Assembly (NCBI RefSeq): GCF_014280195.1
Contig: NZ_CP047960.1
Location: 1,530,001-1,562,000, forward strand
Origin: Synechococcus sp. A15-24
GTDB taxonomy: Bacteria > Cyanobacteriota > Cyanobacteriia > PCC-6307 > Cyanobiaceae
Direction of reading: 5' to 3'
Length of the DNA: 32,000 nucleotides
The position numbers and the translations under genes were made by a program. Below the pieces are notes generated by a model. The model did not search any database. It saw only the letters and a program-made list of their open reading frames with translations, and was not told where the DNA came from. Below, one piece after another: positions 17,726 to 25,621 of the stretch; within the stretch, counting starts at the first letter, position 1; the number at the start of each line of letters is the position of its first letter.

Positions 17726-18985
17726 ATGCACGACATCCTGCTGCTGGATCCGGTTCGGATTCTGCATGGCCCCCGAACGGAGCTTCAGCAGGGTGCTGCT
17801 CTGATCGAATCAGGGGTTCTCAGCGGCTTCGGTGACGCGGCCCGCACAGCAGCGGCACAACTCGGCATTCAAGCGACCGCTGCCCCCCAGCAGCTGCTTG
17901 CCCCCTGCCTGGTGGACCCCCATACGGTTCTGCCCGCACCGATCAGCGGGCCAACGGAAACGATCCGTAGCTTGCGGCGTTGTGCTGCCGCAGGGGGATA
18001 CGGCCAGGTGGCCCTGTTGCCGCGAGGGCAGAGCTGGCGGGATCAGCCGGAGCGCCTGATCGGCCTTCAGAACGCGGACCCGTCGTCGGTTCACCTGCCC
18101 CTCTGGGGAGGTTTCAGCCTGAACGGCAAAGGAGACGAGCTGGCACCCCACGGCGATCTACTGGAACACGGTGCCATCGGCCTTGCTGATGACGATGCCG
18201 TTGTGCCATTGCCGCTGCTGGAGAGAGGTCTCCTCCTTGGCGAGATGGGATCCTGCCCCGTGCTGATTGCCCCCAGGGATCCGAATCTCCAGGGGGACGG
18301 CCTGACTCGGGAGGGGGTCGAGACCCTGCGGGCTGGCTGGGCACCGGATCCCTTGATCAGCGAACTGCTGCCCCTTCAACAGCTTCTGGCCCTGCAGCAG
18401 CGTCATCCCGACCGGCAGCTGCGGTTGATGAACATCTCCACAGCTGCTGCCGTAGACCTTCTCGGCCAAGCCGACCGACAGCTCAAGGCCAGTGTGTGTT
18501 GGTGGCATCTGCTGGTAGATGGCAGCAGCCTCTCCAGCACAGATCCCGGCTGCCGCGTGCGTCCATCCCTCGGAGGAGCTGCGGACCGGTTGAGCCTGCG
18601 TTCAGCCCTGCAGTCCGGCGTCATTCAGGCGATCGCCGTGCATGCCGTGCCCCTTGATGAGGAAGATATGGTGCTGCCGGCGGATCAGCGGCCTCCAGGC
18701 CTGAGTGGGCACCACCTCGTGTTGCCGGCGCTCTGGTCTGCCTTGGTTGATCAGGGTGACTTCTCGATCGAATCCCTCTGGGATGTGCTCAGTTTCGGTC
18801 CATCCGCTTTTCTGGACCAGCCGGCGGAATCGCTGCTGGTCGGCAGCCGCCGCTGGCTGCTGTTTGACCCCGAGATCAGCTGGACGGTGAACCGCGATGA
18901 TCCCGCCGCACCGGGAGCCGCAAACCTGCCCTGGCTGGGACGCACCATGCAAGGGCGGGTGGTGGCCTGCGGGCTTAGTAGTTAG
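17726..18985 (+). CDS. Dihydroorotase-like amidohydrolase-fold protein lacking the metal/catalytic signature (pseudo-DHOase)
   Basis: Collinear by eye with about 420-aa class I dihydroorotases: LLLDPVRI..., APCLVDPHTVLPAP in place of PG.vD.HvHlReP, NISTAAAV, and AVHAVPLD in place of atDHAPH. It starts 3 nt after the phosphatase stop. Confidence 0.75.
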   Translation: MHDILLLDPVRILHGPRTELQQGAALIESGVLSGFGDAARTAAAQLGIQATAAPQQLLAPCLVDPHTVLPAPISGPTETIRSLRRCAAAGGYGQVALLPRGQSWRDQPERLIGLQNADPSSVHLPLWGGFSLNGKGDELAPHGDLLEHGAIGLADDDAVVPLPLLERGLLLGEMGSCPVLIAPRDPNLQGDGLTREGVETLRAGWAPDPLISELLPLQQLLALQQRHPDRQLRLMNISTAAAVDLLGQADRQLKASVCWWHLLVDGSSLSSTDPGCRVRPSLGGAADRLSLRSALQSGVIQAIAVHAVPLDEEDMVLPADQRPPGLSGHHLVLPALWSALVDQGDFSIESLWDVLSFGPSAFLDQPAESLLVGSRRWLLFDPEISWTVNRDDPAAPGAANLPWLGRTMQGRVVACGLSS

Positions 18986-19653
18986 AGAAGACCAAAACGG
19001 TTGAAGGGCCAGAAGCGGAACACGGCCCGGCCGATGATCTCTTGCTCCGGCAGGAAGGCACCACCTGGCCAGAAGCGTCCGTCCCAGCTGTTGCGGCGGT
19101 TATCACCCAACACGAGCACCGAGCCCTTGGGGACGGTGACGTTCAGGGTTCGACAGGGACTCATTCCCTGCTGATTAACCAGGCAGGCCTGACCCACATA
19201 AGGCTCCTCGATGCGCTGACCGTTGAGGGTGACCGCTCCACTGGGGCTGACCTCAACCCGATCGCCGCCAATGGCGATCACCCGCTTGATATAGGCGTCG
19301 CAAGCCGGATTGCCCAGTCCAGGGATCAGGCCCAGCAAGGGAAGGTTGACCAGGGCACAGCGCACCACTGAAGGGCGAACCGGCGTTTTCAAGGCCGGGT
19401 CAAAGGCGTAGGGGGAGTTAAAGACGACGATTTCTCCGCGCTTCGGGGGGCGTGATCGATAAGTGAGCTTCTCCACCAGCAGCCGATCCTGGATCTGAAG
19501 GCCAGGCAGCATCGACCCTGAGGGGATGTATCGAGCTTCAACCAAGACCTGACGAATGCCCAAATACAGGGCGAACATGAAAAGAATTGGCCCCCAGAAA
19601 TCCCAGAAGGGATGTTGATTTCCCTCGTTTGTCTTTGAACGATCGCTTGCCAA
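18982..19653 (-). CDS. lepB: Signal peptidase I
   Basis: IPSGSMLPGLQIQDRLLVEK (catalytic Ser box), YIKRVIAIGGD (Lys box) and VLGDNRRNSWDGRFW. TTG at 19653 is the only start codon between the upstream in-frame stop (19723-19725) and the TM segment. Confidence 0.9.
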   Translation of the reverse strand: MASDRSKTNEGNQHPFWDFWGPILFMFALYLGIRQVLVEARYIPSGSMLPGLQIQDRLLVEKLTYRSRPPKRGEIVVFNSPYAFDPALKTPVRPSVVRCALVNLPLLGLIPGLGNPACDAYIKRVIAIGGDRVEVSPSGAVTLNGQRIEEPYVGQACLVNQQGMSPCRTLNVTVPKGSVLVLGDNRRNSWDGRFWPGGAFLPEQEIIGRAVFRFWPFNRFGLL

Positions 19654-19729
19654 CGGGCCCTTTCCGGGGAAATCTGGCTCACGATAGAGGGCATGCCGAG
19701 CCTCTTCTCCTGAGCCCCTTGATCAGCCG

Positions 19730-21235
19730 ATGATCCGTCCCCGCTGGCAAGGGCTATCCCGATCCACCCGTTGGAGCTCCTGGCGCCGATGGGACCAGGC
19801 GATCGCTCTGCTGGCCGCCACGAACCTGGCCTGGGTGATCTTCGATGTCTCCTACATCCCCCTGCGCAACTTCTGGCTGCAGCGGAATCTCTACCCGCTG
19901 CCAACGCTGCCACTGGTGGTGCCGCTGCCCTGGCTGCCGGACATCACTCCGGTCTATGACCGGATCAAGGGCATCGAACCGCACCGAGACACCCAGAGGT
20001 ATCTCGAGCAGTTCCAGGTGTTGGATCAGGCCCTGAGCAGCAAAGCCCAGTCGCCGGCGACGGAGAACGCACTGCTGGAGCAACAACGCCAGCTCACGCT
20101 GCGCATGTTGGAGGCCAATCCCTTCCTGAGTTCCGGCAACACTGGTGCGCTGGAAAAAATCAAGAACCGACTACGAGCCCATGCCGGCCTCGAATCCGCC
20201 CGACAGTCAGCATCCCTGTTGCTCGACCCGGATCACATCAAGGGGGTCGAATGGAGTCAGGAACGAGCGTTCTGGCGCAGGCAGATCCTGCCGCTGGTGG
20301 AGATCAACTACTGGAGAAGCCTTGACGACAGCGGCCAGCTCACGGATCTCAGCTGGAGAATCGACACCCCCTTCCAGCTGCTGTTCCTCCTGGACATCCT
20401 GCTGCGAACCCTGCGGCTGAAACGGCGCTACCCCGCCATTCGCTGGCGGGATGCCCTGCTGCGTCGGTGGATTGATCTGCCCCTGCTGATTCCCTTCTGG
20501 CGACTGCTGCGGATCGTTCCTGTCACCGAACGTTGTTCCGTCTCAGGACTGATCCAGCTGGAACCGCTGAGGGCCGTCATCAGCCGAGGCGTTGTGGCGC
20601 TACTCGCTGTGGAGCTGTTTGAGGTGATCACCATTCGCGTGGTGGATGCCCTGCAGCAGATCATCCGATCCCCCCAGCTGCCGCAACGAATTCGGGGTTT
20701 TTGCACGTACCAGACCACGGACCAGAACGACCAGCGTGAGCTGTTGGAGCTGTTGCGACTCTGGGGGCCTCTGCTGCTCACCCGGGTGGGGCCTTCACTA
20801 CGGCCTCAACTGGTTGCCTTGCTGAGTCACGTGCTTCAACAGAGCATGAACAGCCGAATCAGACCCGACACACTGCAACGGCTTCCAGGCCTGCTAAGAG
20901 CGGAATCGGAGTTCAGTCGGCAGCTGGCCAGTGGCGTGATTGATTCCTTGCTGGATCTCTCCAGAACCACCGGCAGCCGTCTGGGCCAGCGCGACCAAAC
21001 CCTTGATCAACTGGGGACCGATGCGCTGGATCGATTTTGGGAAGAACTTGCCAGAGTTTTGGACGATGGGCCTGTGCTGGAGCGGAGCCAGACGCTGCTG
21101 GCGTCGTTTCTGGAGGACATCAAGCGCTCAAGCTTCCGGCAGCTGCGTGATCAAGGGGGTGTGGATGACTTGATCAACGAACTGGATGGGCTGAATTTCA
21201 GCCCTTCAACTGGTCCTGCCAAACCTCCGGTTTGA
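19730..21235 (+). CDS. Conserved-looking hypothetical membrane protein (501 aa) with an Arg-rich amphipathic TM region
   Basis: Hydrophobic segments AIALLAATNLAWVIFDV, FQLLFLLDILL, WIDLPLLIPFW and VVALLAVELFEVITI. LLRTLRLKRRYP and WRLLRIVPV resemble ion-transport S4-like segments. Long helical C-terminal half. No family recognised with confidence. Confidence 0.7.
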   Translation: MIRPRWQGLSRSTRWSSWRRWDQAIALLAATNLAWVIFDVSYIPLRNFWLQRNLYPLPTLPLVVPLPWLPDITPVYDRIKGIEPHRDTQRYLEQFQVLDQALSSKAQSPATENALLEQQRQLTLRMLEANPFLSSGNTGALEKIKNRLRAHAGLESARQSASLLLDPDHIKGVEWSQERAFWRRQILPLVEINYWRSLDDSGQLTDLSWRIDTPFQLLFLLDILLRTLRLKRRYPAIRWRDALLRRWIDLPLLIPFWRLLRIVPVTERCSVSGLIQLEPLRAVISRGVVALLAVELFEVITIRVVDALQQIIRSPQLPQRIRGFCTYQTTDQNDQRELLELLRLWGPLLLTRVGPSLRPQLVALLSHVLQQSMNSRIRPDTLQRLPGLLRAESEFSRQLASGVIDSLLDLSRTTGSRLGQRDQTLDQLGTDALDRFWEELARVLDDGPVLERSQTLLASFLEDIKRSSFRQLRDQGGVDDLINELDGLNFSPSTGPAKPPV

Positions 21236-21551
21236 AGCCCACCAAGACCTGCCCATCAGGTGTGATAGCGAACGGTCGCTTGATCAAACGGCCATCCGCC
21301 GCCAGGGCATCGAGTGCTTCATCGTCAGACATGGCCTTGACGACTACTGCACCAAGGGCTCTGTAACTCTGTCCACTGGTGTTGAACAGTGGGCGACGGT
21401 CGCCGAATTGCTCCATGGCCGAGGCCAGGATCTCTCGCGACGGAGGATCCGCTGTGATGTCGATCACCGTATGATCCAGACCGTGGTCACTTAACCATGA
21501 TAGAGCCCGTCGACAGGTGCTGCAGCGGTTGTAGCTGTAAACCTGAAGCAT
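21198..21551 (-). CDS. ArsC/Spx/YffB-family thioredoxin-fold protein
   Basis: MLQVYSYNRCSTCRRALSWL...LFNTSGQSYRALG...LIKRPF...GFKPEVW matches the ArsC-family layout. It overlaps the 3' end of the convergent 501-aa gene by 38 nt. Confidence 0.85.
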   Translation of the reverse strand: MLQVYSYNRCSTCRRALSWLSDHGLDHTVIDITADPPSREILASAMEQFGDRRPLFNTSGQSYRALGAVVVKAMSDDEALDALAADGRLIKRPFAITPDGQVLVGFKPEVWQDQLKG

Positions 21552-21562
21552 ATGTGCCGAAA

Positions 21563-21922
21563 TCAGCGGCCGAACAGCGATTTGATGGCACCGATCAGGC
21601 TGTTGGAACCGCGGCCGACGCCCTCAGCGGGGCGGGTACGAACCGTCACATCACCGTTGACGGTGGTCCGGCAGCTGAGACGGAAATTGGCCGGGCGGTC
21701 AGCCAGATAAACCTCTTCAACGTCGCTGCGAGGGGACAGGTTGGCCTGTCCTTCCACCACTTCCATCACACAAGTGCCGCACTGGCCAACACCGCTGCAG
21801 TTGTTGAGGTTGTTGACACCGTTGTAGGGATTGATGCCGGCATCAAGGGCAGCCTTGCGGAGGTTCGCGCCTTCGATGCATCCAACCTGCTGGCCTTCCT
21901 GCTCAAATCGGATGGTGGGCAC
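21563..21922 (-). CDS. 2Fe-2S ferredoxin-fold protein
   Basis: Cys cluster CSGVGQCGTC...LSC (C-x5-C-x2-C...C) in a beta-grasp-like context (TIRFEQEGQQVGCIEGANLRKAALDAGI). Its stop is 11 nt upstream of the ArsC-family gene start. Confidence 0.85.
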   Translation of the reverse strand: MPTIRFEQEGQQVGCIEGANLRKAALDAGINPYNGVNNLNNCSGVGQCGTCVMEVVEGQANLSPRSDVEEVYLADRPANFRLSCRTTVNGDVTVRTRPAEGVGRGSNSLIGAIKSLFGR

Positions 21923-21993
21923 GGGTCGTACGGAGTCTCAAGTGCGCACCAACCTACAAGCATCCGGCCTGTGATCTGCAGTTGGGCGACGAA

Positions 21994-22503
21994 TCAATCG
22001 GCGGCCTGGATGCACTGGTCAAGCAATGCCGGAACAGCACCCGCATCTCTCCAGCCGCTGACTTCAAGCGAACGCCCCTCGAAGCTTCGGTAAGTCCTGA
22101 AAAACTCAGCCACCTCCTCCAGTTGAGACGGGGCGATTTGGCGGATGCTGTGGATGTCCCGCTGTCCAGGATCAGCATCCGGGACACACAGCAGCTTCGC
22201 ATCGGCGACGTTGTTGTCCTTGAGATCCAGCAAACCAATCGGTCGCGCACGGATCAGACAACCCGCGAACGTCGGCTCGGCCATGATGACCATCGCGTCT
22301 AGGGGGGAGCCGTCGGCAGCGAGGGTGTTGGGAACGAATCCGTAATCAAACGGGTACCGGATCGAAGAATGCAAAACGCGGTCCAGCACCATCAATCCAG
22401 TGGAATGGCAATAGGAGTATTTATTGCGACTTCCAGCGGGAATCTCCACCAGAAGATTGACCAGGCCGGAGGACGGTGAGGGGGACAGGCGGCTGAGATC
22501 CAT
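21994..22503 (-). CDS. ppa: Inorganic pyrophosphatase (family I)
   Basis: MDLSRLSPSPSSGLVNLLVEIPAGSRNKYSY, RYPFDYGFVPNTLAADGSPLDAMV and KLLCVPDADP are canonical soluble PPase blocks. Confidence 0.95.
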   Translation of the reverse strand: MDLSRLSPSPSSGLVNLLVEIPAGSRNKYSYCHSTGLMVLDRVLHSSIRYPFDYGFVPNTLAADGSPLDAMVIMAEPTFAGCLIRARPIGLLDLKDNNVADAKLLCVPDADPGQRDIHSIRQIAPSQLEEVAEFFRTYRSFEGRSLEVSGWRDAGAVPALLDQCIQAAD

Positions 22504-22705
22504 CGCGATCGAGTGCAGTCGGCTTCAGCCGGTTTGGCAGCGAGCCCCGGTCTGAAATCACTGCAAGCATCGGTGCTGTGACGCTCAGCATGGAGATCAT
22601 CAGACCTGCCAGAACGAGAGACGGTGAACCCGGACTGAACGGTTCTTCTTGCTCCTCGTGGGCGGATGCTTCGTTGTGAAAGGGTTGGTCTGGGTCTGAT
22701 GCCAT
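22421..22705 (-). CDS. Doubtful small single-TM ORF running into the ppa 5' end
   Basis: From ATG at 22705: MASDPDQPFHNEASAHEEQEEPFSPGSPSLVLAGLMISMLSVTAPMLAVI.... It ends 83 nt inside ppa in another frame. Third-position GC is low for this genome. It could equally be the untranslated ppa leader. Confidence 0.2.
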   Translation of the reverse strand: MASDPDQPFHNEASAHEEQEEPFSPGSPSLVLAGLMISMLSVTAPMLAVISDRGSLPNRLKPTALDRDGSQPPVPLTVLRPGQSSGGDSRWKSQ

Positions 22706-22711
22706 GTTCAG

Positions 22712-22731
22712 GAACACACCGGAGCGTGTTC
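22712..22731 (-). terminator. Strand-specific hairpin downstream of the HTH gene and upstream of ppa
   Basis: On the minus-strand RNA, GAACACGC-UCCG-GUGUGUUC gives 8 bp including one G.U. The same position is an A.C mismatch on the plus-strand RNA. No U-run follows, so a terminator role is tentative. Confidence 0.3.
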
Positions 22732-22777
22732 GCATTCATTCACGGAGATACGCGTAATTCTGTCACTGATCCCGACT

Positions 22778-23242
22778 TCACGCAGCGGGCCTGTCCTGCC
22801 GTTCACGATGCGCGGTGAAATCCGACGCCTGCTGATCAAGCCCCTCAAGGTGGGAGCGGATTCCCCTCAGCTCCTGAAGGATGTCACCCAGCATCTGTTG
22901 CGTGGCCGTCGACGGCGAGTTGAGGACCTCAACCGTGACTTCTTTGATGCGGAGGACGTCCTTTGCAAAACGAGCCACCTCATTGGGGTGGAACAGCAGG
23001 GGATCTTTCTGATCGCTGCGGTACTCGGGGTTCAACTTCCGTGGGTTGAACGGCGGGTTGAGATTGCGTGGATCGGTATTGGTGTAGCGGTAGACCGAAG
23101 CTCTCGAACGATTCAGCGATTTCTGAACGTCGTCGATACCAACCAGGACGTCGGCATAAGCAGAAGCAGCTGCCTGATCAAGGGCAATTTCTACCGAGGA
23201 TTGAATGTGGGAGTTCACTGATTCAACCGATCGAGGAAACAT
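22778..23242 (-). CDS. Putative helix-turn-helix DNA-binding protein (resolvase/excisionase-like HTH), hypothetical
   Basis: IDDVQKSLNRSRASVYRYT resembles a short HTH of the resolvase/AlpA type. The helical C-terminus has heptad character. ATG at 23242 (MFPRSVES) is preferred to the track start at 23302. The region is visibly less GC-rich than its flanks. Confidence 0.65.
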   Translation of the reverse strand: MFPRSVESVNSHIQSSVEIALDQAAASAYADVLVGIDDVQKSLNRSRASVYRYTNTDPRNLNPPFNPRKLNPEYRSDQKDPLLFHPNEVARFAKDVLRIKEVTVEVLNSPSTATQQMLGDILQELRGIRSHLEGLDQQASDFTAHRERQDRPAA

Positions 23243-23388
23243 GAGACGGCCCTTGGACAGCCTGGACTGAGCGGACGGTAGCAGTCGAGACTCAGGTCGC
23301 ACAGCGGTTTTCCGGGGGGCGAGACAGTTGTGTAATCGGCATACTTCTGGATCAGTGATAGTTTCTCGAGCCTGCTGAAAGTCAGACC

Positions 23389-25170
23389 ATGCGCGTCTCC
23401 CGCCTGATGCTGGTGACGCTGCGCGATGTGCCAGCTGAAGCCGAAATCACTTCCCACCAGCTGCTGTTGCGTGGAGGGTTCATTCGCCGAGTCGGCTCTG
23501 GGATCTACGCCTATCTGCCGATGATGTGGAAGGTGTTGCAGCGCATCACCACGATCATCCGCGAGGAAATGAATCGTGCTGGTGCTCTTGAAACTCTGTT
23601 ACCCCAGCTGCACCCCTCGGAGCTCTGGCAACGCAGTGGCCGTTGGCAGGGATACACCGCCGGCGAAGGGATCATGTTTCACCTGGAGGACCGCCAAGGG
23701 CGCGAACTGGGTCTGGGACCGACCCATGAGGAGGTGATCACCAGCCTGGCGGGCGAGCTGCTGCGCTCCTACCGGCAACTTCCCGTGAACATATACCAGG
23801 TGCAGACGAAGTTCAGGGATGAGATCCGCCCCAGGTTCGGCCTGATGCGGGGGCGTGAATTCATCATGAAAGATGCCTACTCCTTTCACGCCGACAAAGC
23901 CGATCTGCAGGCGACCTACGCCGTGATGGATCAGGCCTACCGACGCATCTTCGAGCGCTGCGGACTCGAGGCGGTGCCTGTGGATGCCGACAGCGGCGCC
24001 ATCGGTGGTGCGGCATCCCAGGAATTCATGGTCACGGCGGAAGCTGGCGAAGACCTGATCTTGATCAGCGTTGACGGTGCCTATGCCGCCAACCAGGAGA
24101 AAGCCGTGTCGATCCCCGACGCGGTCGCTCCCTTACCCCCTGCAGCACTCACCCGCCTCGAGACACCTGGGCAGACCACGATTGAAGGGGTATGCACAGC
24201 CCAGGGCTGGCAGCCGGGGCAGCTGGTGAAGGTGCTGCTGCTGCTGGCACGGCTTGAGGACGGCCAACAACAGCCAGTCTTGGTGTCCCTGCGGGGGGAC
24301 CAGGAGCTGAATGAGGTGAAGCTGGTGAATGCGGTGAGTCGCCGCAGCGAGCAGGGCGTTCTCGACTGCCGACCGATCAGCCCAGACGATCTACAGCGGC
24401 AGGGGATCAACACCATTCCCTTCGGATCCATCGGCCCGGATCTTGCCGATGAGGTGCTGGCTGACGCCGCCAGCTGGACGACCTCATTTCTTCGCCTGGC
24501 CGACACCACCGCCACGGAGCTGGAGCTGTTCCACTGCGGCGCCAATGCTGAAGACCAGCACCGCAGCCACTGCAGCTGGGGTGACCTGGGTGGGGCTCCA
24601 GTGGGAGAAGACCTACGTAAAGCCCGTGCAGGGGAGCGCTGCGTTCACAACCCGGACGCCCGACTCCAGGAGAAGCGGGGCATTGAGGTGGGCCATATCT
24701 TCCAGCTTGGGCGTAAGTATTCCCAGGCTCTCGACTGCTGCTTCACCAACGAGAACGGCCGTGATGAACCGTTCTGGATGGGTTGCTACGGCATCGGCGT
24801 CTCACGCCTGGCCCAGGCAGCGGTGGAGCAGCACCACGACGATGCCGGCATCAGCTGGCCCGCCGCCATTGCTCCCTATGAAGTCATCGTGGTGATCGCC
24901 AACATTCAGGATGACGCCCAGACCGATCTCGGAGACATGGTGTACGCGACGCTCCTGGAGGCGGGCATCGATGTACTGCTGGATGACCGCAAGGAACGGG
25001 CTGGGGTGAAATTCAAAGATGCCGATCTGATCGGCATTCCCTGGAGGCTGGTCATCGGACGTGACGCCGCCGAAGGCACCGTTGAGATGGTTCAGCGGTG
25101 CAATCGTGAGATGCGCAAACTGCCCCACGGCGAAGCGATCGGCGAACTGTTGAAGGCCCTGCGCCCTTAA
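23389..25170 (+). CDS. proS: Prolyl-tRNA synthetase (bacterial type with editing insertion)
   Basis: MRVSRLMLVTLRDVPAEAEITSHQLLLRGGFIRRVGSGIYAYLP, FRDEIRPRFGLMRGREFIMKDAYSF, GCYGIGVSRL. Confidence 0.95.
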   Translation: MRVSRLMLVTLRDVPAEAEITSHQLLLRGGFIRRVGSGIYAYLPMMWKVLQRITTIIREEMNRAGALETLLPQLHPSELWQRSGRWQGYTAGEGIMFHLEDRQGRELGLGPTHEEVITSLAGELLRSYRQLPVNIYQVQTKFRDEIRPRFGLMRGREFIMKDAYSFHADKADLQATYAVMDQAYRRIFERCGLEAVPVDADSGAIGGAASQEFMVTAEAGEDLILISVDGAYAANQEKAVSIPDAVAPLPPAALTRLETPGQTTIEGVCTAQGWQPGQLVKVLLLLARLEDGQQQPVLVSLRGDQELNEVKLVNAVSRRSEQGVLDCRPISPDDLQRQGINTIPFGSIGPDLADEVLADAASWTTSFLRLADTTATELELFHCGANAEDQHRSHCSWGDLGGAPVGEDLRKARAGERCVHNPDARLQEKRGIEVGHIFQLGRKYSQALDCCFTNENGRDEPFWMGCYGIGVSRLAQAAVEQHHDDAGISWPAAIAPYEVIVVIANIQDDAQTDLGDMVYATLLEAGIDVLLDDRKERAGVKFKDADLIGIPWRLVIGRDAAEGTVEMVQRCNREMRKLPHGEAIGELLKALRP

Positions 25171-25195
25171 AGTCCCGCTCAATCTTTCCAGTTCC

Positions 25196-25621
25196 ATGAT
25201 CTCCGCCCTGGCCCGACTGATCCAGCAACTGTCCAGGGCAGCGGTCGCCCTTGTTCTCGGACTCTGCCTGCTGCTGACCGCCTGCAGCGGTGATGCTGAG
25301 GCCCGTCTCACCGGTGACTACGTCGAAGACACGATTGCCGTGGCCCACAGCCTGCGTGAGGTGATCGATCTGCCCCAGGACGCCGCCAACCGTGGTGAGG
25401 CGGAATCCGAAGCCCGGGCCTTGATCAACGACTACATGTCCCGCTACCGGCCTCAACCCCGGGTGAACGGTCTCAGCTCGTTCACCACGATGCAGACGGC
25501 ATTGAACTCCCTGGCCGGTCATTACGCCTCCTACGCCAACCGTCCTCTGCCGGAAGCTCTGCACGACCGCATCGCCAAGGAACTCGGCAAAGCTGAGAAG
25601 TCCGCTGTCCGGGGCAGCTGA
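25196..25621 (+). CDS. psb27: Photosystem II assembly lipoprotein Psb27
   Basis: Lipoprotein signal LLLTAC, then LTGDYVEDTIAVAHSLREVIDLPQDA and SFTTMQTALNSLAGHY. These closely follow the Psb27 sequence as I recall it from Synechocystis. Confidence 0.9.
   Translation: MISALARLIQQLSRAAVALVLGLCLLLTACSGDAEARLTGDYVEDTIAVAHSLREVIDLPQDAANRGEAESEARALINDYMSRYRPQPRVNGLSSFTTMQTALNSLAGHYASYANRPLPEALHDRIAKELGKAEKSAVRGS

Noticed and set aside
22392-22739. 115-aa alternative-frame ORF upstream of and overlapping ppa
   Set aside because: Its translation is R/S/P-rich and junk-like, and it overlaps ppa more extensively than the other candidate frame. Only the 22421-22705 frame was retained, at low confidence.
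23332-23344. NtcA-like palindrome GTA-N-TAC upstream of proS
   Set aside because: The spacer is 7 nt (GTAATCGGCATAC), whereas the established NtcA consensus is GTA-N8-TAC. proS is also not an expected nitrogen-regulon member.
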